A DNA stretch of 64,000 nucleotides from Anaerolineales bacterium (GCA_046485135.1 JAWOHN010000140.1:1478-65477), one strand, 5' to 3'; numbered from the stretch's first letter, positions 18,874-30,213 are shown. Translations and numbers: made by a program. The notes: generated by a model from the letters alone, not told the origin.

Positions 18874-19617
18874 CTATTCTTCGGCAATGTTTATCGCAGC
18901 CATGGCTGCACCAATAATACCTGCATCGTTTAACAACTGGGCAGGAACAACTTTTGTTTGTACAGTGAGCAACGGGATAAATTTATCAGCTTTCTTGCTC
19001 ACACCACCGCCTAGGATGATCAGATCAGGCCAGAATAGACTTTCCATCGTCACCAAGAACTCATCAAAACGCGTGGCCCAGGCCTTCCAGGTTAGCATCT
19101 TTTCCTGACGCACAGCGTCTGAAGCGCGCAGTTCAGCATCCTTGCCTCGAATTTTTAGATGGCCAAATTCGGTATTGGGCAGAAGCTTTCCATCAATAAA
19201 GAGGGCGCTGCCTAAACCGGTGCCGATGGTGATCATCAGAACCACTCCTCTTTGTCCCTTACCTGCACCAAAAGCCATTTCTGCCAATCCGGCTGCATCA
19301 GCATCATTTACCACCACAACCGGACAACCGGTCTTTTGAGCAAAGAGCGCCGAGGCTTTCTTCTCAATCCAGCGTGGGTGGACATTCGCGGCTGTAAAGG
19401 TCACTCCATCCCGCACCACAGCAGGAAAACCGCAACCGATCGCACCATGCCACTCAAAATGCTTGGCAATTTCTGCTACCACATCCGCCACCGCGCGTGG
19501 CTTGGCAGGAATTGGGGTTGGGATACGATAACGGGAAGCGGTCAATGCACCAGATTGTGTATCCACCGGAGCTCCTTTGATACCTGAGCCACCTATGTCA
19601 ATACCTAGAATTTCCAT
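18874..19617 (-). CDS. ppgK: Polyphosphate glucokinase (ROK family)
   Basis: [18 protein letters not shown]-terminal ATPase motif, [20 protein letters not shown]; GGGAGG SD. Confidence 0.85.
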   Translation of the reverse strand: MEILGIDIGGSGIKGAPVDTQSGALTASRYRIPTPIPAKPRAVADVVAEIAKHFEWHGAIGCGFPAVVRDGVTFTAANVHPRWIEKKASALFAQKTGCPVVVVNDADAAGLAEMAFGAGKGQRGVVLMITIGTGLGSALFIDGKLLPNTEFGHLKIRGKDAELRASDAVRQEKMLTWKAWATRFDEFLVTMESLFWPDLIILGGGVSKKADKFIPLLTVQTKVVPAQLLNDAGIIGAAMAAINIAEE

Positions 19618-19716
19618 TGTGTTCCTCCCGTTCAGATATGCATGCGAGGTAATTCATCGGCCTACTAAAATATCATCGAAAAACAGGTTACCCTGCAAGT
19701 ATAACTTAATCTTTTC

Positions 19717-20397
19717 CTACCGTTTGCTTTCCTCGACGAAAATCCTTTCTGTAATACCTGGTCCTAAAACAACATTATTGGTCTGATCACCGATCTGCAT
19801 ATGCAAATTCCCGTCAAAAGGAGAATATTTTATGATCGTAACCTGTATACCTGGGACCAGTCCAATCTCGCTCAGGTAACGCAATAAGACCAGGTCAGAT
19901 GCGTCCACTCGACAAACGATAGCAACTTGCCCGGGACGCAAATCGCACAAACGTGTGTCTGCGGTAGGAGGCAAGCGCAGATCCCGGGTCGGGATCGGTT
20001 CGCCATGCGGATCATGACTTGGGTCACCCAAAGCCTGGGCAATCCGTTCTTCCAGGTCCTCAGAGATGACATGCTCCAGACGATCTGCCTCTTCATGCAC
20101 CTCATCCCAGGAATAGCCCAAGGTCCGTTGCAGGAAGAGTTCTAGCAACCGGTGATGGCGGATGATCTCCAAGGCTACTGTCTGACCTGATTGAGTTAAG
20201 AGCACTCCCCGGTGTTTTTGATACTCAACCAGCGGCGGATCCAAGGCTGCCATCCGTTGGATCATGCCCGTAACAGAAGCAGGCGTTATATTTAATCGTT
20301 CCGCTAATTGCGTGGTGCTAACCCGTTCCTGGATGGCCGCCAACTCGTAAATTGCTTTGAGATAATCTTCTACCGCGTGGGAATGCTCACTACGCAT
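19717..20397 (-). CDS. DtxR/MntR-family metal-dependent repressor with C-terminal FeoA/SH3-like domain
   Basis: EDYLKAIYEL, TPASVTGMIQRM HTH, RHHRLLELFL dimerisation helix; last gene of the metal ABC operon. Confidence 0.88.
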   Translation of the reverse strand: MRSEHSHAVEDYLKAIYELAAIQERVSTTQLAERLNITPASVTGMIQRMAALDPPLVEYQKHRGVLLTQSGQTVALEIIRHHRLLELFLQRTLGYSWDEVHEEADRLEHVISEDLEERIAQALGDPSHDPHGEPIPTRDLRLPPTADTRLCDLRPGQVAIVCRVDASDLVLLRYLSEIGLVPGIQVTIIKYSPFDGNLHMQIGDQTNNVVLGPGITERIFVEESKR

Positions 20398-20400
20398 GGG

Positions 20401-21510
20401 TCACCTCATCATCACTTCTTGGGCTAAAGCGCGCCCCTTCTCAGATAATACCAGATTCCCTTTAACGTTTAAAAGTAATCCCCGCTGCTCAGCTCGTTGA
20501 ACGAGCGTACTTGCAAAGGCCGGCTCCCAACGGAGGTGTTCGTGCAAATGAACGAGACTATTTTCCTGTTCTGCTTCAGGCTGACCTTCATGATGAAACA
20601 GATGGATGGCTAACATCGTTTGGGCAAACTCAAAGCGTTGGCGAGTGCGCCGCCGGGCATTAGCCAACAAACCGCGCTCCGGAGCAAACAGAAATGCCAA
20701 CCCGAACAGGACCCCAGCCATGGTTGCCATTGAGCCAGCGATGGATGCATCCAAGGCAAAGGCCAACCAATATCCGCTGATGGCGCTACCCACCCCAATG
20801 AGCACGCTCAAACCCAGCATACGAGACAATCGATCGGTCAGCATATAGGCCGTGATCGGTGGGGCAACCATTAACGCAACTACCAGGATAGAACCCACCG
20901 TTTCAAAGGCTCCCACTGCTGTAATTGATACAAGCGTCATCAGGGCATAATGGAGAAGACCAGGAGCGAAACCCAGACTGGCTGCCAAACCGGCATCAAA
21001 GGTAGCCAGCTTTAGTTCTTTATAAAAGAGCCCAATAAAGACCAGGTTAAGGACCAGGATGCCTCCCATCAAATAGAGCGATAAAGGCCCAATATCAAAC
21101 CCAAAGGGGGTGAAACGAGTAAAAGGGGCGAAAGCCAGTTCACCCATTAGAACAGCGTCGGTATCCAGGTGTACTCCACTGGCATAACGAGAGATCAGGA
21201 TGACTGCCAGGCTAAACAAAGCTGGAAACACCAATCCAACAGCGGCATCTTCTTTGACCAGACGGGTTTTCAAGAGCAGCTCCACCAGAGCAACGGTAAC
21301 CACACCCATCAGCGCAGCCCCCAGCAATAACAGCGGAGAAGCCAAATCTTCAGTGATGAAGAAGGCTAGCACAATGCCAAGCAGGACCGTGTGGGTAATG
21401 GCATCGCTCATCATAGCCAAACGCCGGAGCACCAGGAACACTCCCGGTAATGCACAAGCAGAGGCAACTACAATTGCTATGAGTTGCAGTTCAATCTGGA
21501 CGGTTGTCAT
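20401..21510 (-). CDS. Metal (Mn/Zn/Fe) ABC transporter permease with C-terminal DtxR-type winged-helix extension
   Basis: ABC-3 permease body; extra roughly 85 aa ...LHEHLRWEPAFASTLVQRAEQRGLLLNVKGNLVLSEKGRALAQEVMMR aligns by eye with the DtxR N-terminal wHTH. Confidence 0.8.
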   Translation of the reverse strand: MTTVQIELQLIAIVVASACALPGVFLVLRRLAMMSDAITHTVLLGIVLAFFITEDLASPLLLLGAALMGVVTVALVELLLKTRLVKEDAAVGLVFPALFSLAVILISRYASGVHLDTDAVLMGELAFAPFTRFTPFGFDIGPLSLYLMGGILVLNLVFIGLFYKELKLATFDAGLAASLGFAPGLLHYALMTLVSITAVGAFETVGSILVVALMVAPPITAYMLTDRLSRMLGLSVLIGVGSAISGYWLAFALDASIAGSMATMAGVLFGLAFLFAPERGLLANARRRTRQRFEFAQTMLAIHLFHHEGQPEAEQENSLVHLHEHLRWEPAFASTLVQRAEQRGLLLNVKGNLVLSEKGRALAQEVMMR

Positions 21511-22445
21511 TTTTTATTCACCCCACTACGAGTCCTAAGATCTCCAAACCACAGAGTCTCACGGTTTTGTCTATGCCGCACCCATCCCCAGAACAAGCCC
21601 CGCTGGGGAGCCAATAATAGAGAGACTACCACAATCAGGCTAATCGAAAGCACGATTGTCGGCCCTGTGGAAAGCCTGGGTAACAGACTGCTAACCAAGA
21701 CCCCACTGATCCCAGACAATGCACCGAAGGTGGCGGACAGGAGAACCATCCAGCCTAAACGATCCGTCCATTGGCGAGCTGCGGCGGCAGGCGCAACCAC
21801 CATCGCGCTCATCAGAACTACCCCCACAGATTGAAGGCCGATCACAATCGCCACAACCAGTAGCGAAGTCAACAGGACATCCAGTGCACGCATGGGTAAA
21901 CCTAAACTGGCGCCAAACTCAACATCGAAACTGAGCAGTTTAAATTCTTTCCAGAACAATCCCATCAGCAGCAAGGCTACTCCTCCTAAAGCCGCCATTG
22001 TTATCACATCCGCCTCTAACATGGTTGCTGCCTGACCGAAGAGGAAGCGATCCAACCCGGCCTGCCTGGCATCTGGCAGACGTTGCACGAAGGTCAGCAA
22101 GACCAGCCCAAAGCCAAAAAATACCGAAAGGACAAAGCCTAAAGCGCTGTCCTGCTTGATACGGGTATTTTGAACAATAGCCATCACAACGATCGTTCCT
22201 GCCCACCCCGCCAGGATGGCGCCCATCATCAGGAACAAAGGCGCTTTGCTGCGAAAGATGATGAAAGCCAGTACAATTCCCGGCAGCGCTGCGTGCGAGA
22301 TGGCGTCCCCGATCAGCGATTGCTTTCGCAGGACAGCAAAGCAGCCCAGCGCGCCGCTGACAATGCCTAAAATTGCAGCACCAAGAGCAACTACCCGGAA
22401 AGTGTAATCAAACAAGAAGATATCAAATATTGAGATTGAAATCAT
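21507..22445 (-). CDS. Metal ABC transporter permease (ABC-3 family)
   Basis: Multi-[13 protein letters not shown] motif; ATGA overlaps with both neighbouring genes. Confidence 0.85.
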   Translation of the reverse strand: MISISIFDIFLFDYTFRVVALGAAILGIVSGALGCFAVLRKQSLIGDAISHAALPGIVLAFIIFRSKAPLFLMMGAILAGWAGTIVVMAIVQNTRIKQDSALGFVLSVFFGFGLVLLTFVQRLPDARQAGLDRFLFGQAATMLEADVITMAALGGVALLLMGLFWKEFKLLSFDVEFGASLGLPMRALDVLLTSLLVVAIVIGLQSVGVVLMSAMVVAPAAAARQWTDRLGWMVLLSATFGALSGISGVLVSSLLPRLSTGPTIVLSISLIVVVSLLLAPQRGLFWGWVRHRQNRETLWFGDLRTRSGVNKK

Positions 22446-23257
22446 GGTCGGGTTTCCTGCCAGGTGGTTTTGTCCCGGTAATCCTGCTCCAGTTCATACT
22501 GGTGAGGGGCTGGAACTGAGGCCTGGTTTAGGAAAGCAACTCTGCCTCCATAAGTCATCCGTAAGTTTTGCTCGTTGAAAACCTGTGTGACCGGACCGCT
22601 GGCAATCCGCCTGACATTCATGAGGGTGACCCAATCGAAATACTCGGGCACGGTCTGCAGATCATGGTGAACCACTACGACAGTCTTGCCGACTTGGCGC
22701 AGGTCTTGTAGCAATGACACAATGGCTCGTTCAGTGGTAGCGTCGACGCCTTGGAACGGCTCATCCATGAAATATACCTGGGCATCCTGTGCCAGCGCTC
22801 TCGCCAGGAATACCCTCTGCTGCTGGCCTCCTGAGAGCTGGCTGATCTGCCGGTCAGCAAACTCACTCATGCCAACTTTTTCAAGGGCTTGCATCGCTTG
22901 GGTTTCATGAGCGCGGTCAGGCCGGCGCAGCCACCCAATGCTCCCATAGCGACCCATCATCACAACATCCTTGACATCCGTAGGGAAATCCCAATCCACG
23001 CTGCCGCGTTGTGGGACATATCCCACCAACCGGCGCTGTTCCAGGTAGGGTTTCCCATGGATGAGCACCTGACCTGCTGCCGGACGGATCAGACCCAGGA
23101 TTGCCTTGATCAGGGTGGTCTTGCCAGCGCCATTTGGACCAATAATAGCCATCAGCGTGCCGCTGGGAACCTCCAGGTCAATATCCCACAGCACCGGCGT
23201 ATCACGATATGCAACTGTCAGATCAAAGACCTCAATTGCTTTGGTATCGTTCATCAT
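22442..23257 (-). CDS. Metal ABC transporter ATP-binding protein
   Basis: Walker [10 protein letters not shown], signature LSGGQQQR, Walker B YFMDEP. Confidence 0.9.
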   Translation of the reverse strand: MMNDTKAIEVFDLTVAYRDTPVLWDIDLEVPSGTLMAIIGPNGAGKTTLIKAILGLIRPAAGQVLIHGKPYLEQRRLVGYVPQRGSVDWDFPTDVKDVVMMGRYGSIGWLRRPDRAHETQAMQALEKVGMSEFADRQISQLSGGQQQRVFLARALAQDAQVYFMDEPFQGVDATTERAIVSLLQDLRQVGKTVVVVHHDLQTVPEYFDWVTLMNVRRIASGPVTQVFNEQNLRMTYGGRVAFLNQASVPAPHQYELEQDYRDKTTWQETRP

Positions 23258-23382
23258 TATTTATCCCTCCACCTCAAATAATTAAACCTTGTCTTCATTA
23301 TCCCGACCTAACAATAAGGAGAGCTGCCGCGCTAGAATATTAATCGGGGGAGATCAGCGCGGTTTTCCCCAGTAGACCCAAC

Positions 23383-24318
23383 TTATTCAGTAGAAAGCGC
23401 ATCGATAATGGTATCGATGTTGTGCCGGACCATGCCAATATATGTCCCTTCTGGTGTCCCAGGATTTCCAAGGGCATCGGAGAAGAGCTCACCCCCCAAG
23501 CGTACAGCGAAACCTTGCGCTTGAACGGCTGCTCGCACGGCATCTATCGTCCGAGTTGGAACAGAGGTTTCTATAAATAAGGCTGGAACACGCCGTTCTA
23601 CAATAAAAGCAGCCAGATCTTGGACATCGGCAGTGCTCGCTTCAGAGACAGTGCTGATACCTTGCAATCCACGGACCTCAAATCCATACGCCCGCCCAAA
23701 GTAGTTGAAAGCATCATGAGCCGTGATCAGAATCCGTTGGTCAGGCGCTACTTTGGCTGCCTGGCTCTGGACGTATTGATGTAAAACTTCCAGCTCTGCC
23801 AGGTACCTGGAGGCGTTGCTCTGATAAATTTCTGTGTGAGCAGGGTCAAGCTCAACCAGACTATCTCTCACTGCCCGAACGGCTTCCATCCACAGGCTTA
23901 CATCCATCCAGATATGCGGGTCGTAAGCGCCTTCAAACTCAAGCGGCGCCAGCAGGTAAGCCCGATCGATGCCATCCGAGACAGCCACAATTACTGTCCT
24001 GGAGTGCATTTGCTCCAGAACTTCTCCGAGCTGGGCTTCCAGGTGTAAACCGTTATAAAAAATGATGTCGGCATTCATCAGCTCCGTAACATTTCCTGCA
24101 GTGGCCTTGTAAAGATGAGGATCAACACCCGGACCCATCAACCCTGTAACCTGAATTCTCTCTCCACCTACATTTTCTACGATATCAGTGATCATTCCTG
24201 TCGTCGTGACAGCATTAATCGTTCGTTCAGAGATATCTGCATCAGCCATCGCCATTTGATTACAACCAACCAGACCGAACACCCCCAAAACCACCAGCAA
24301 TAATATTGTACGTAACAT
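23383..24318 (-). CDS. Metal ABC transporter substrate-binding lipoprotein (ZnuA/PsaA/TroA cluster 9)
   Basis: Start reset from TTG to ATG (MLRTILLLVVLGVFGLVGC lipobox; GGAGG SD 7 nt upstream). DPHLY and DPHIW metal-site motifs. Confidence 0.85.
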   Translation of the reverse strand: MLRTILLLVVLGVFGLVGCNQMAMADADISERTINAVTTTGMITDIVENVGGERIQVTGLMGPGVDPHLYKATAGNVTELMNADIIFYNGLHLEAQLGEVLEQMHSRTVIVAVSDGIDRAYLLAPLEFEGAYDPHIWMDVSLWMEAVRAVRDSLVELDPAHTEIYQSNASRYLAELEVLHQYVQSQAAKVAPDQRILITAHDAFNYFGRAYGFEVRGLQGISTVSEASTADVQDLAAFIVERRVPALFIETSVPTRTIDAVRAAVQAQGFAVRLGGELFSDALGNPGTPEGTYIGMVRHNIDTIIDALSTE

Positions 24319-24333
24319 ATACAACCTCCAAAT

Positions 24334-24347
24334 TTAGGAAAGACTAA
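24334..24347. promoter_or_regulatory. Candidate DtxR/MntR-type operator
   Basis: TTAG-GAAAGA-CTAA inverted repeat with AAT/ATT flanks, between the predicted -10 and the SD of the metal ABC operon; a second TTAGG at 24356-24360. Confidence 0.4.
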
Positions 24348-24352
24348 TTTAT

Positions 24353-24380
24353 ATTTTAGGCGATATTTCTATTTTGTCAA
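24353..24380 (-). promoter_or_regulatory. Candidate sigma-70 promoter of the metal ABC operon
   Basis: On minus strand: TTGACA (24380-24375), 16-nt spacer, TAAAAT (24358-24353). Confidence 0.45.
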
Positions 24381-24411
24381 GGATTAAATTGGGCAATTTT
24401 GACCTTTAATA

Positions 24412-24440
24412 TTGACTTGGTGGCTTTGGAAACGTAAAAT
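24412..24440 (+). promoter_or_regulatory. Candidate sigma-70 promoter of acs
   Basis: TTGACT (24412-24417), 17-nt spacer, TAAAAT (24435-24440). Confidence 0.5.
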
Positions 24441-24514
24441 CATAGGAGACACGCTCAGTCTGAAATTATTTAAGTTCAATATAAGTTCATAAATAGAAAG
24501 GGAGAATACATATC

Positions 24515-26458
24515 ATGGACGATGCATCCATTTCCACACCGAAAAAAACTTCACAGGTTGCTCAAAATGGGTATCCAGAAATTGAAAGCCCCTTTTACAG
24601 CCCCCCTACAGAAATCATAGAAGCTGCTAATATAAAAGAATACCATCAGCTCTACCAAGATTCCCTGGCCAACCCACAGGACTTTTGGGCAAAATGTGCC
24701 GATGAGTTAGAGTGGTTCAAGAAATGGGATGCAGTGCTTGATGAAAAGTCTCCCCCATTCTATAAATGGTTCACCGGTGGTGTAACGAATATCGTCCATA
24801 ACGCCCTTGATCGCCACGTAAAGACCTATCGTAAAAACAAGCTGGCTCTGATTTGGGAAGGAGAACCGGGAGATATGAGGACGTATTCCTATTTCTCCTT
24901 GCACCGGGAAGTTTGCAAATTCTCCAACCTACTCCGCAGCATGGGGGTGAAGAAAGGCGATATTGTCACAATTTATCTACCTCGCATCCCAGAGCAAATC
25001 ATCGCCATGCTTTCATGTGCAAAGATCGGCGCACCGCACAGCGTGGTGTATGGCGGCTTCAGTGTCGAGGCCCTGGCAGAGCGGATCGAGGATGCTCAAA
25101 GTCGAGTGCTGATCACATCAGATGGCGGTTGGTTGCGTGGAAAGATCGTTCCCCTGAAGGACATTGCAGATGAAGCCATGGCGCGGCAACCCACAATTGA
25201 AAGTTGCATTGTCGTCAAACGCACCGGTCAAGAGATATACATGGAGCCAGGCCGAGATTACTGGTACCACGATCTAATGAGCCTGCCAATTTCCAGTCCC
25301 TTATGCTATACGGAGCCCCTTGATGCAGAGGACCCATTATTCATCCTTTACACGTCCGGCACCACGGGGCGACCGAAAGGTGTTTTGCATACCCACGGCG
25401 GTTATATGGTCCACACCTATACCACCCTTAAATATGTATTTGATATAAAAGACGAGGACCGCTGGTGGTGTGCAGCTGATCCGGGCTGGGTCACTGGACA
25501 TAGTTATATTGTTTATGGTCCATTGCTCAACGGAGCGACCAGTTTTATGTATGAAGGTGCTCCTAATCATCCTTATCCCAACCGTTGGTGGCAAATGGTC
25601 GAAAAGTATGGGATTACCATCCTCTATACTGCGCCAACAGCAATCCGGGGTCTCATGCGTTTTGGGGATGCCTGGGCATCTCGCCACGATCTGAGCAGCC
25701 TGCGCCTGCTCGGCAGTGTCGGTGAACCTATCAACCCTGAAGCCTGGAAGTGGTACTACACTGTGATCGGCAAAGAACGCTGCCCGATCATGGATACCTG
25801 GTGGCAAACCGAAACCGGAGGATTCATGATCACCCCCTTACCGATCACTCCGCTTAAACCAGGCTCTGCTACCCTGCCCTTCTTTGGCATCGATGTGGAC
25901 GTGGTTGACGAGCAAGGGAAGCCTGTACCCGCCGGAGATGAAGGTTATCTGGTAATCAAGACTCCCTGGCCAGGGATGTTACGCACGATTTACCGGGATC
26001 CAGAGCGGTACCAGCAACAATATTGGGGGAAATTTGGAAATATGTACCAGACCGGCGACTCTGCTCGAAAAGATAACGATGGCTATATTTGGATAATTGG
26101 GAGGATGGATGATGTCATCAAGGTCAGTGGTTACCGTTTGGGAACTGCTGAAGTAGAAAGCGCCCTGGTTAGCCATCCCGCGGTGGCTGAGGCTGCTGCT
26201 ATCGGTTTGCCCCACGAAATCAAAGGGAATGCGATTCATGCATACGTGCTATTGAAATCCGGCGTGGAAAAGAGCGAAAAACTGCGGGATGAACTACGCA
26301 AACATGTCGGTCACGAGATCGGGCCAATTGCCAAGCCTGAAGATGTAACCTTTGTGGACCTGCTCCCCAAAACCCGGAGTGGCAAGATCATGCGCCGGCT
26401 GTTGAGAGCCAGAGCGCTGGGACAACCAGATGGCGATATCAGTACTTTGGAAGAATAA
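24515..26458 (+). CDS. acs: Acetyl-CoA synthetase (AMP-forming)
   Basis: [53 protein letters not shown]. Confidence 0.95.
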   Translation: MDDASISTPKKTSQVAQNGYPEIESPFYSPPTEIIEAANIKEYHQLYQDSLANPQDFWAKCADELEWFKKWDAVLDEKSPPFYKWFTGGVTNIVHNALDRHVKTYRKNKLALIWEGEPGDMRTYSYFSLHREVCKFSNLLRSMGVKKGDIVTIYLPRIPEQIIAMLSCAKIGAPHSVVYGGFSVEALAERIEDAQSRVLITSDGGWLRGKIVPLKDIADEAMARQPTIESCIVVKRTGQEIYMEPGRDYWYHDLMSLPISSPLCYTEPLDAEDPLFILYTSGTTGRPKGVLHTHGGYMVHTYTTLKYVFDIKDEDRWWCAADPGWVTGHSYIVYGPLLNGATSFMYEGAPNHPYPNRWWQMVEKYGITILYTAPTAIRGLMRFGDAWASRHDLSSLRLLGSVGEPINPEAWKWYYTVIGKERCPIMDTWWQTETGGFMITPLPITPLKPGSATLPFFGIDVDVVDEQGKPVPAGDEGYLVIKTPWPGMLRTIYRDPERYQQQYWGKFGNMYQTGDSARKDNDGYIWIIGRMDDVIKVSGYRLGTAEVESALVSHPAVAEAAAIGLPHEIKGNAIHAYVLLKSGVEKSEKLRDELRKHVGHEIGPIAKPEDVTFVDLLPKTRSGKIMRRLLRARALGQPDGDISTLEE

Positions 26459-26465
26459 ATAAATA

Positions 26466-26506
26466 GCCGGCTGTACCAGCGTATGCATAGCGCTGGTACA
26501 GCCGGC
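26466..26506. terminator. Bidirectional hairpin between convergent acs and xdh-family gene
   Basis: GCCGGCTGTACCAGCG (26466-26481) and CGCTGGTACAGCCGGC (26491-26506): perfect 16-bp stem. Confidence 0.7.
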
Positions 26507-26518
26507 AGCAAAGTTTAA

Positions 26519-29329
26519 TCAAGCAGAGGCCTCTGCGCGCCTCTTTTCCCCCATCAATTTCAACACGTGCTCTTGATCCAGCGGGATGCGGTCCACCCGC
26601 ACGCCGATGGCATTATAGAGTGCATTCGTGATAGCAGGCACGGTTGGGATCAAAACGATCTCACCTACTCCCTTGGCGCCATATGGGCCATCCTGTGTTG
26701 GATGCTCAACAAAGAAAGTAGTGATCTCAGGAGTGAAGGTGATCGACGGGGTACGGTAGCGCGCCAGGCGATCGCTGATCACGATGCCTTCATGCAGCAG
26801 GAAATCCTCCGATAGCGCTTGCCCAATTCCCATAATCGCGCCCCCCTCCACCTGGCCTTGCAAGCCCAATGGATTGATGGCGTAGCCGACATCGTTCGCG
26901 CTGATCAGACGCAAGACTTTCACCTCACCCGTTAACGTGTTCACTTCGATTTCAGCGGCTTGAGCAGCAAAAGAAAAGGCAAAATGCATATCACCGCCCT
27001 GCCCGAGAGGTTTCGTAGCCGGCGCCCAGTAAGTGTACTCAACCTTCGGTGTGCGCCCATGAGCAATGATCAGGTCGGCAACCTCTCCAAAGGGAACTCT
27101 GCGATCCTGAACCTGAGCCAACCCTTCAACGAATTCGACCGATTCGGGGGGCACATCGTAATGCTCAGCCAGCTCACTGGTCATCAAGTGCATTAAGGAT
27201 TTGGTCGCATGCCTGACCGCGTTACCGGTAACGTATGTCTGTCGAGAGGCTGTGGTCGGTCCGCCATCAGGGGTCAAGTCGGTATCGGAAAGCAAAACGT
27301 GGACTCGATCTGGATCAACTCCTAATTCCTCCGCAGCAATCAGTTGCAGCACAGTAGGCAACCCCTGGCCCAATTCGGCTGAGGAGGTGCGTACTTGAAC
27401 GGTTCCATCAGGGTAAAGCTCTACCTCTGCGCCCGCTTTATCTGGCGCACCGCCTCCCAATCCAGTGTTTTTATACCCCACAGCAAAGCCCCAGGCCCTG
27501 ATCAAATATGGGCTGTCCAAAACCGGTTTAGGTGTGAATGGATCCCCACCTGCCAAGCGCCGCATTTCGTGATCCACCTTCTCAATACATTCCAGCAAGC
27601 CAACGCTGTGAGTCAAGGTCTGCCCGGTATTTGTGACACTGCCAACTTTCAAAGCGTTTTTCTTGCGCAGCTCGACGGGGTCCATATTTATTTTTTTCGC
27701 CAGCGCATCTACAAGGCTCTCCACTGCAAAAGCGGATTGCATGACGCCAAAGCCGCGAAATGCTCCTGCAGGTGGGTTATTGGTATACATGGCATAGCAA
27801 TCTGCTTTGACATGGGGCGCTTCGTAGGGACCGGATGAGTGTGTGGTAGCACGGGTCATTACCTTCTCACCCAAAGAAGCATAAGCGCCGGTGTCCCCAA
27901 ATAATTCGGTCTCTACAGCTGTAAAGGCGCCATCCTTCTTCGCCCCAATTTTCACCCGCACCTGGGTGGCATGCCGTTTGGGATGAGCGATCAAACTCTC
28001 ATGCCGGTCGTAGAGCAACTTGACCGGTTTTCCAGTGGCCTTTGTCAGCAAGGCAGCATGGATCTGTCCGGCAATGTCCTCCTTCCCACCAAAGCCTCCC
28101 CCCATCAATTGCCCGATCACATGCACCTGGTCCTCCGGCACTGCCAGCGCTTTCGCTACTGAACTACGATCCGAGTAGGGAATTTGAGAACCAACATAGA
28201 CTTCTATCCGGCCTTCCGTTGTCAGGCGGGTGATACTGCATTCAGGTTCCAGGAAGGCGTGATCGTGCATTGGGGTGTAATAGGTATGTTCAAGAATCAC
28301 CTCGGCTTCTGAAAAACCCTCTTCGACATTACCTTTTTGGACTTTGATATGCTTGAGCATATTGCCGGATTTGTGCACCAGCGCCGCATCTGGTTGCTTG
28401 GCCTGGACTGGATCACTAACAACCGGCAGCTTCTCATATTCCACGTCAATCAGGTCCAAAGCTTCGCTGGCAATCTCCCGTGTATCGGCGGCAACAATCG
28501 CTACCACATCCCCAACGTAACGGATTTGTTCGTTGACGCCCACCATGGTCGGCCAATCTGGGATGACCAGCCCGTGATTGTGTTCTCCTGGGATGTCCTC
28601 AGCGGTCAAGACGGCTCTTACGCCGACTAGCGCCCTGGCCTTGCTCGTGTCGATCCGTTTAACCATGGCTGAGGCCAGCATGGCCCGTTTGACCCGGGCA
28701 TGGAGCATGCCTTCAAATTTCAGATCGTCGGTATACATGGCGCTGCCGGTCACTTTTGATACTGCGTCTGCACGGGGCTTAATTTTTCCAACCGATTTCA
28801 AAGGCCTGGATGAAGCAGAGATGTGTGGGTCTTCTACAGGGTCCCCGGTCTGCACGGCTTTTGCGGCTGCCTGAATGGCGTTGATAATGCTTGGGTAGCC
28901 TGCACAGCGGCATAAAGTATCCTTTAGAGCATGTTTAATGTCCTGTGAGGAAGGGCTGGGATTCCTTTGCAGTAAGGCGTAGGAGGTCATGATTTGCCCA
29001 GGAATACAGAAGCCACACTGGACCGCCCCATGTTTGACAAAAGCCTCTTGCAGGGGATGCAGCCTCATGGACCCATTGGATGACTCGGCCAACCCCTCAA
29101 TGGTAAATATCGTCTTCCCATGGGCTTTGACGGCGGGATAGGTGCAGGAAAGCACCGGTTCGCCATCCAGGATCACCGTACAAGCACCGCATTCGGCCTC
29201 ATTACAGCCGATTTTGGTACCGGTTAAGTTAAGCCGTTCTCTTAGGAGAGAAGAAAGCATCTCGCCCGGCAGCGGGGGCAGACTGACGGCTTTCCCATTG
29301 ACAGTAAATTCAATATTTTTATCACTCAT
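26519..29329 (-). CDS. Xanthine dehydrogenase/aldehyde oxidase-family enzyme, fused [2Fe-2S] and molybdopterin-binding subunits
   Basis: CNEAECGACTV, CGFCIPG, CRCAGY Fe-S motifs, then roughly 770-aa Moco domain (GGGFGGKE). Confidence 0.88.
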   Translation of the reverse strand: MSDKNIEFTVNGKAVSLPPLPGEMLSSLLRERLNLTGTKIGCNEAECGACTVILDGEPVLSCTYPAVKAHGKTIFTIEGLAESSNGSMRLHPLQEAFVKHGAVQCGFCIPGQIMTSYALLQRNPSPSSQDIKHALKDTLCRCAGYPSIINAIQAAAKAVQTGDPVEDPHISASSRPLKSVGKIKPRADAVSKVTGSAMYTDDLKFEGMLHARVKRAMLASAMVKRIDTSKARALVGVRAVLTAEDIPGEHNHGLVIPDWPTMVGVNEQIRYVGDVVAIVAADTREIASEALDLIDVEYEKLPVVSDPVQAKQPDAALVHKSGNMLKHIKVQKGNVEEGFSEAEVILEHTYYTPMHDHAFLEPECSITRLTTEGRIEVYVGSQIPYSDRSSVAKALAVPEDQVHVIGQLMGGGFGGKEDIAGQIHAALLTKATGKPVKLLYDRHESLIAHPKRHATQVRVKIGAKKDGAFTAVETELFGDTGAYASLGEKVMTRATTHSSGPYEAPHVKADCYAMYTNNPPAGAFRGFGVMQSAFAVESLVDALAKKINMDPVELRKKNALKVGSVTNTGQTLTHSVGLLECIEKVDHEMRRLAGGDPFTPKPVLDSPYLIRAWGFAVGYKNTGLGGGAPDKAGAEVELYPDGTVQVRTSSAELGQGLPTVLQLIAAEELGVDPDRVHVLLSDTDLTPDGGPTTASRQTYVTGNAVRHATKSLMHLMTSELAEHYDVPPESVEFVEGLAQVQDRRVPFGEVADLIIAHGRTPKVEYTYWAPATKPLGQGGDMHFAFSFAAQAAEIEVNTLTGEVKVLRLISANDVGYAINPLGLQGQVEGGAIMGIGQALSEDFLLHEGIVISDRLARYRTPSITFTPEITTFFVEHPTQDGPYGAKGVGEIVLIPTVPAITNALYNAIGVRVDRIPLDQEHVLKLMGEKRRAEASA

Positions 29330-29340
29330 CTTTCACCAAC

Positions 29341-30213
29341 CTATTCAGCCCGTTTCCAGGCTTTTTGAACTACATCTACCAATAAGAACCCAGCCAGGTG
29401 ATAGCGATATTCTGCCGTTGCCCTTCTGGGACTCGTTCTGAAACGAACTGTTTCATCCAGGATTTGCTTTGCGCAGTTGAGGTGATCTTCAGAAAGGGAT
29501 TTTCCTTTTAAAAACTCTTCGACCGCCGGGGCTCTTTGCGGAGTGGGGCCTGAGGGGCCAATGGAAATTCGAATGTCCTGGATTGCCACAGCATCCCTCT
29601 CAAGCCATACAGCCATATTGATGATCGGCAAGGCAACGCCTTGAGGACGCATTACCCGGCTGAAAGCTGAGGCCTGGTGGTCTTTACGAGCAGGCAGGTA
29701 GAAACCACATAATATCTCCTTACCTGACTCGAGGACGGAAACGCCAGGGCCAACAAAAAGATTCAATAAAGGCTCGTGGCGAAGCCCATTCTTACCAGCA
29801 ATCTCAGCTACTGCATCCATGGCGACCAGTGAAATCATCCCATCTGCGGCGGGCAAGGCATGGGCCACATTTCCTCCCAAGGTAGCCGTGTTCCGTACCT
29901 GAGGACCTCCGATTAAATTGCATGCTTCGGTCACTGCCTGGGCATGAAAGCCTACCAGGGGGGATTCCACAATTTTATTGATAGGAACTGCAGCCCCGAT
30001 GAATAAGCGGTCATCACGTTCTTCGATCAATGTAAGCTCAGGGATTTGGGTAAGATCCACCAGCGTATGAACAGCAGGCTTCAACCCTTGCTGTACTTCT
30101 AACAAGAGATCGGTCCCTCCCCCGATGGGCAATGCGGGCTGAGGCGAAGAGGCCAGAACAGCCAGCGCATCTTCAATCGATTCAGCAATATGATACTTGG
30201 ACCAAGTATTCAT
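29341..30213 (-). CDS. FAD-binding subunit of the molybdenum hydroxylase (CoxM/XdhB-like)
   Basis: Start reset to MNTWSKYHIAES; LPIGGGTDLL and TLGGNVAHA motifs. Confidence 0.8.
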   Translation of the reverse strand: MNTWSKYHIAESIEDALAVLASSPQPALPIGGGTDLLLEVQQGLKPAVHTLVDLTQIPELTLIEERDDRLFIGAAVPINKIVESPLVGFHAQAVTEACNLIGGPQVRNTATLGGNVAHALPAADGMISLVAMDAVAEIAGKNGLRHEPLLNLFVGPGVSVLESGKEILCGFYLPARKDHQASAFSRVMRPQGVALPIINMAVWLERDAVAIQDIRISIGPSGPTPQRAPAVEEFLKGKSLSEDHLNCAKQILDETVRFRTSPRRATAEYRYHLAGFLLVDVVQKAWKRAE

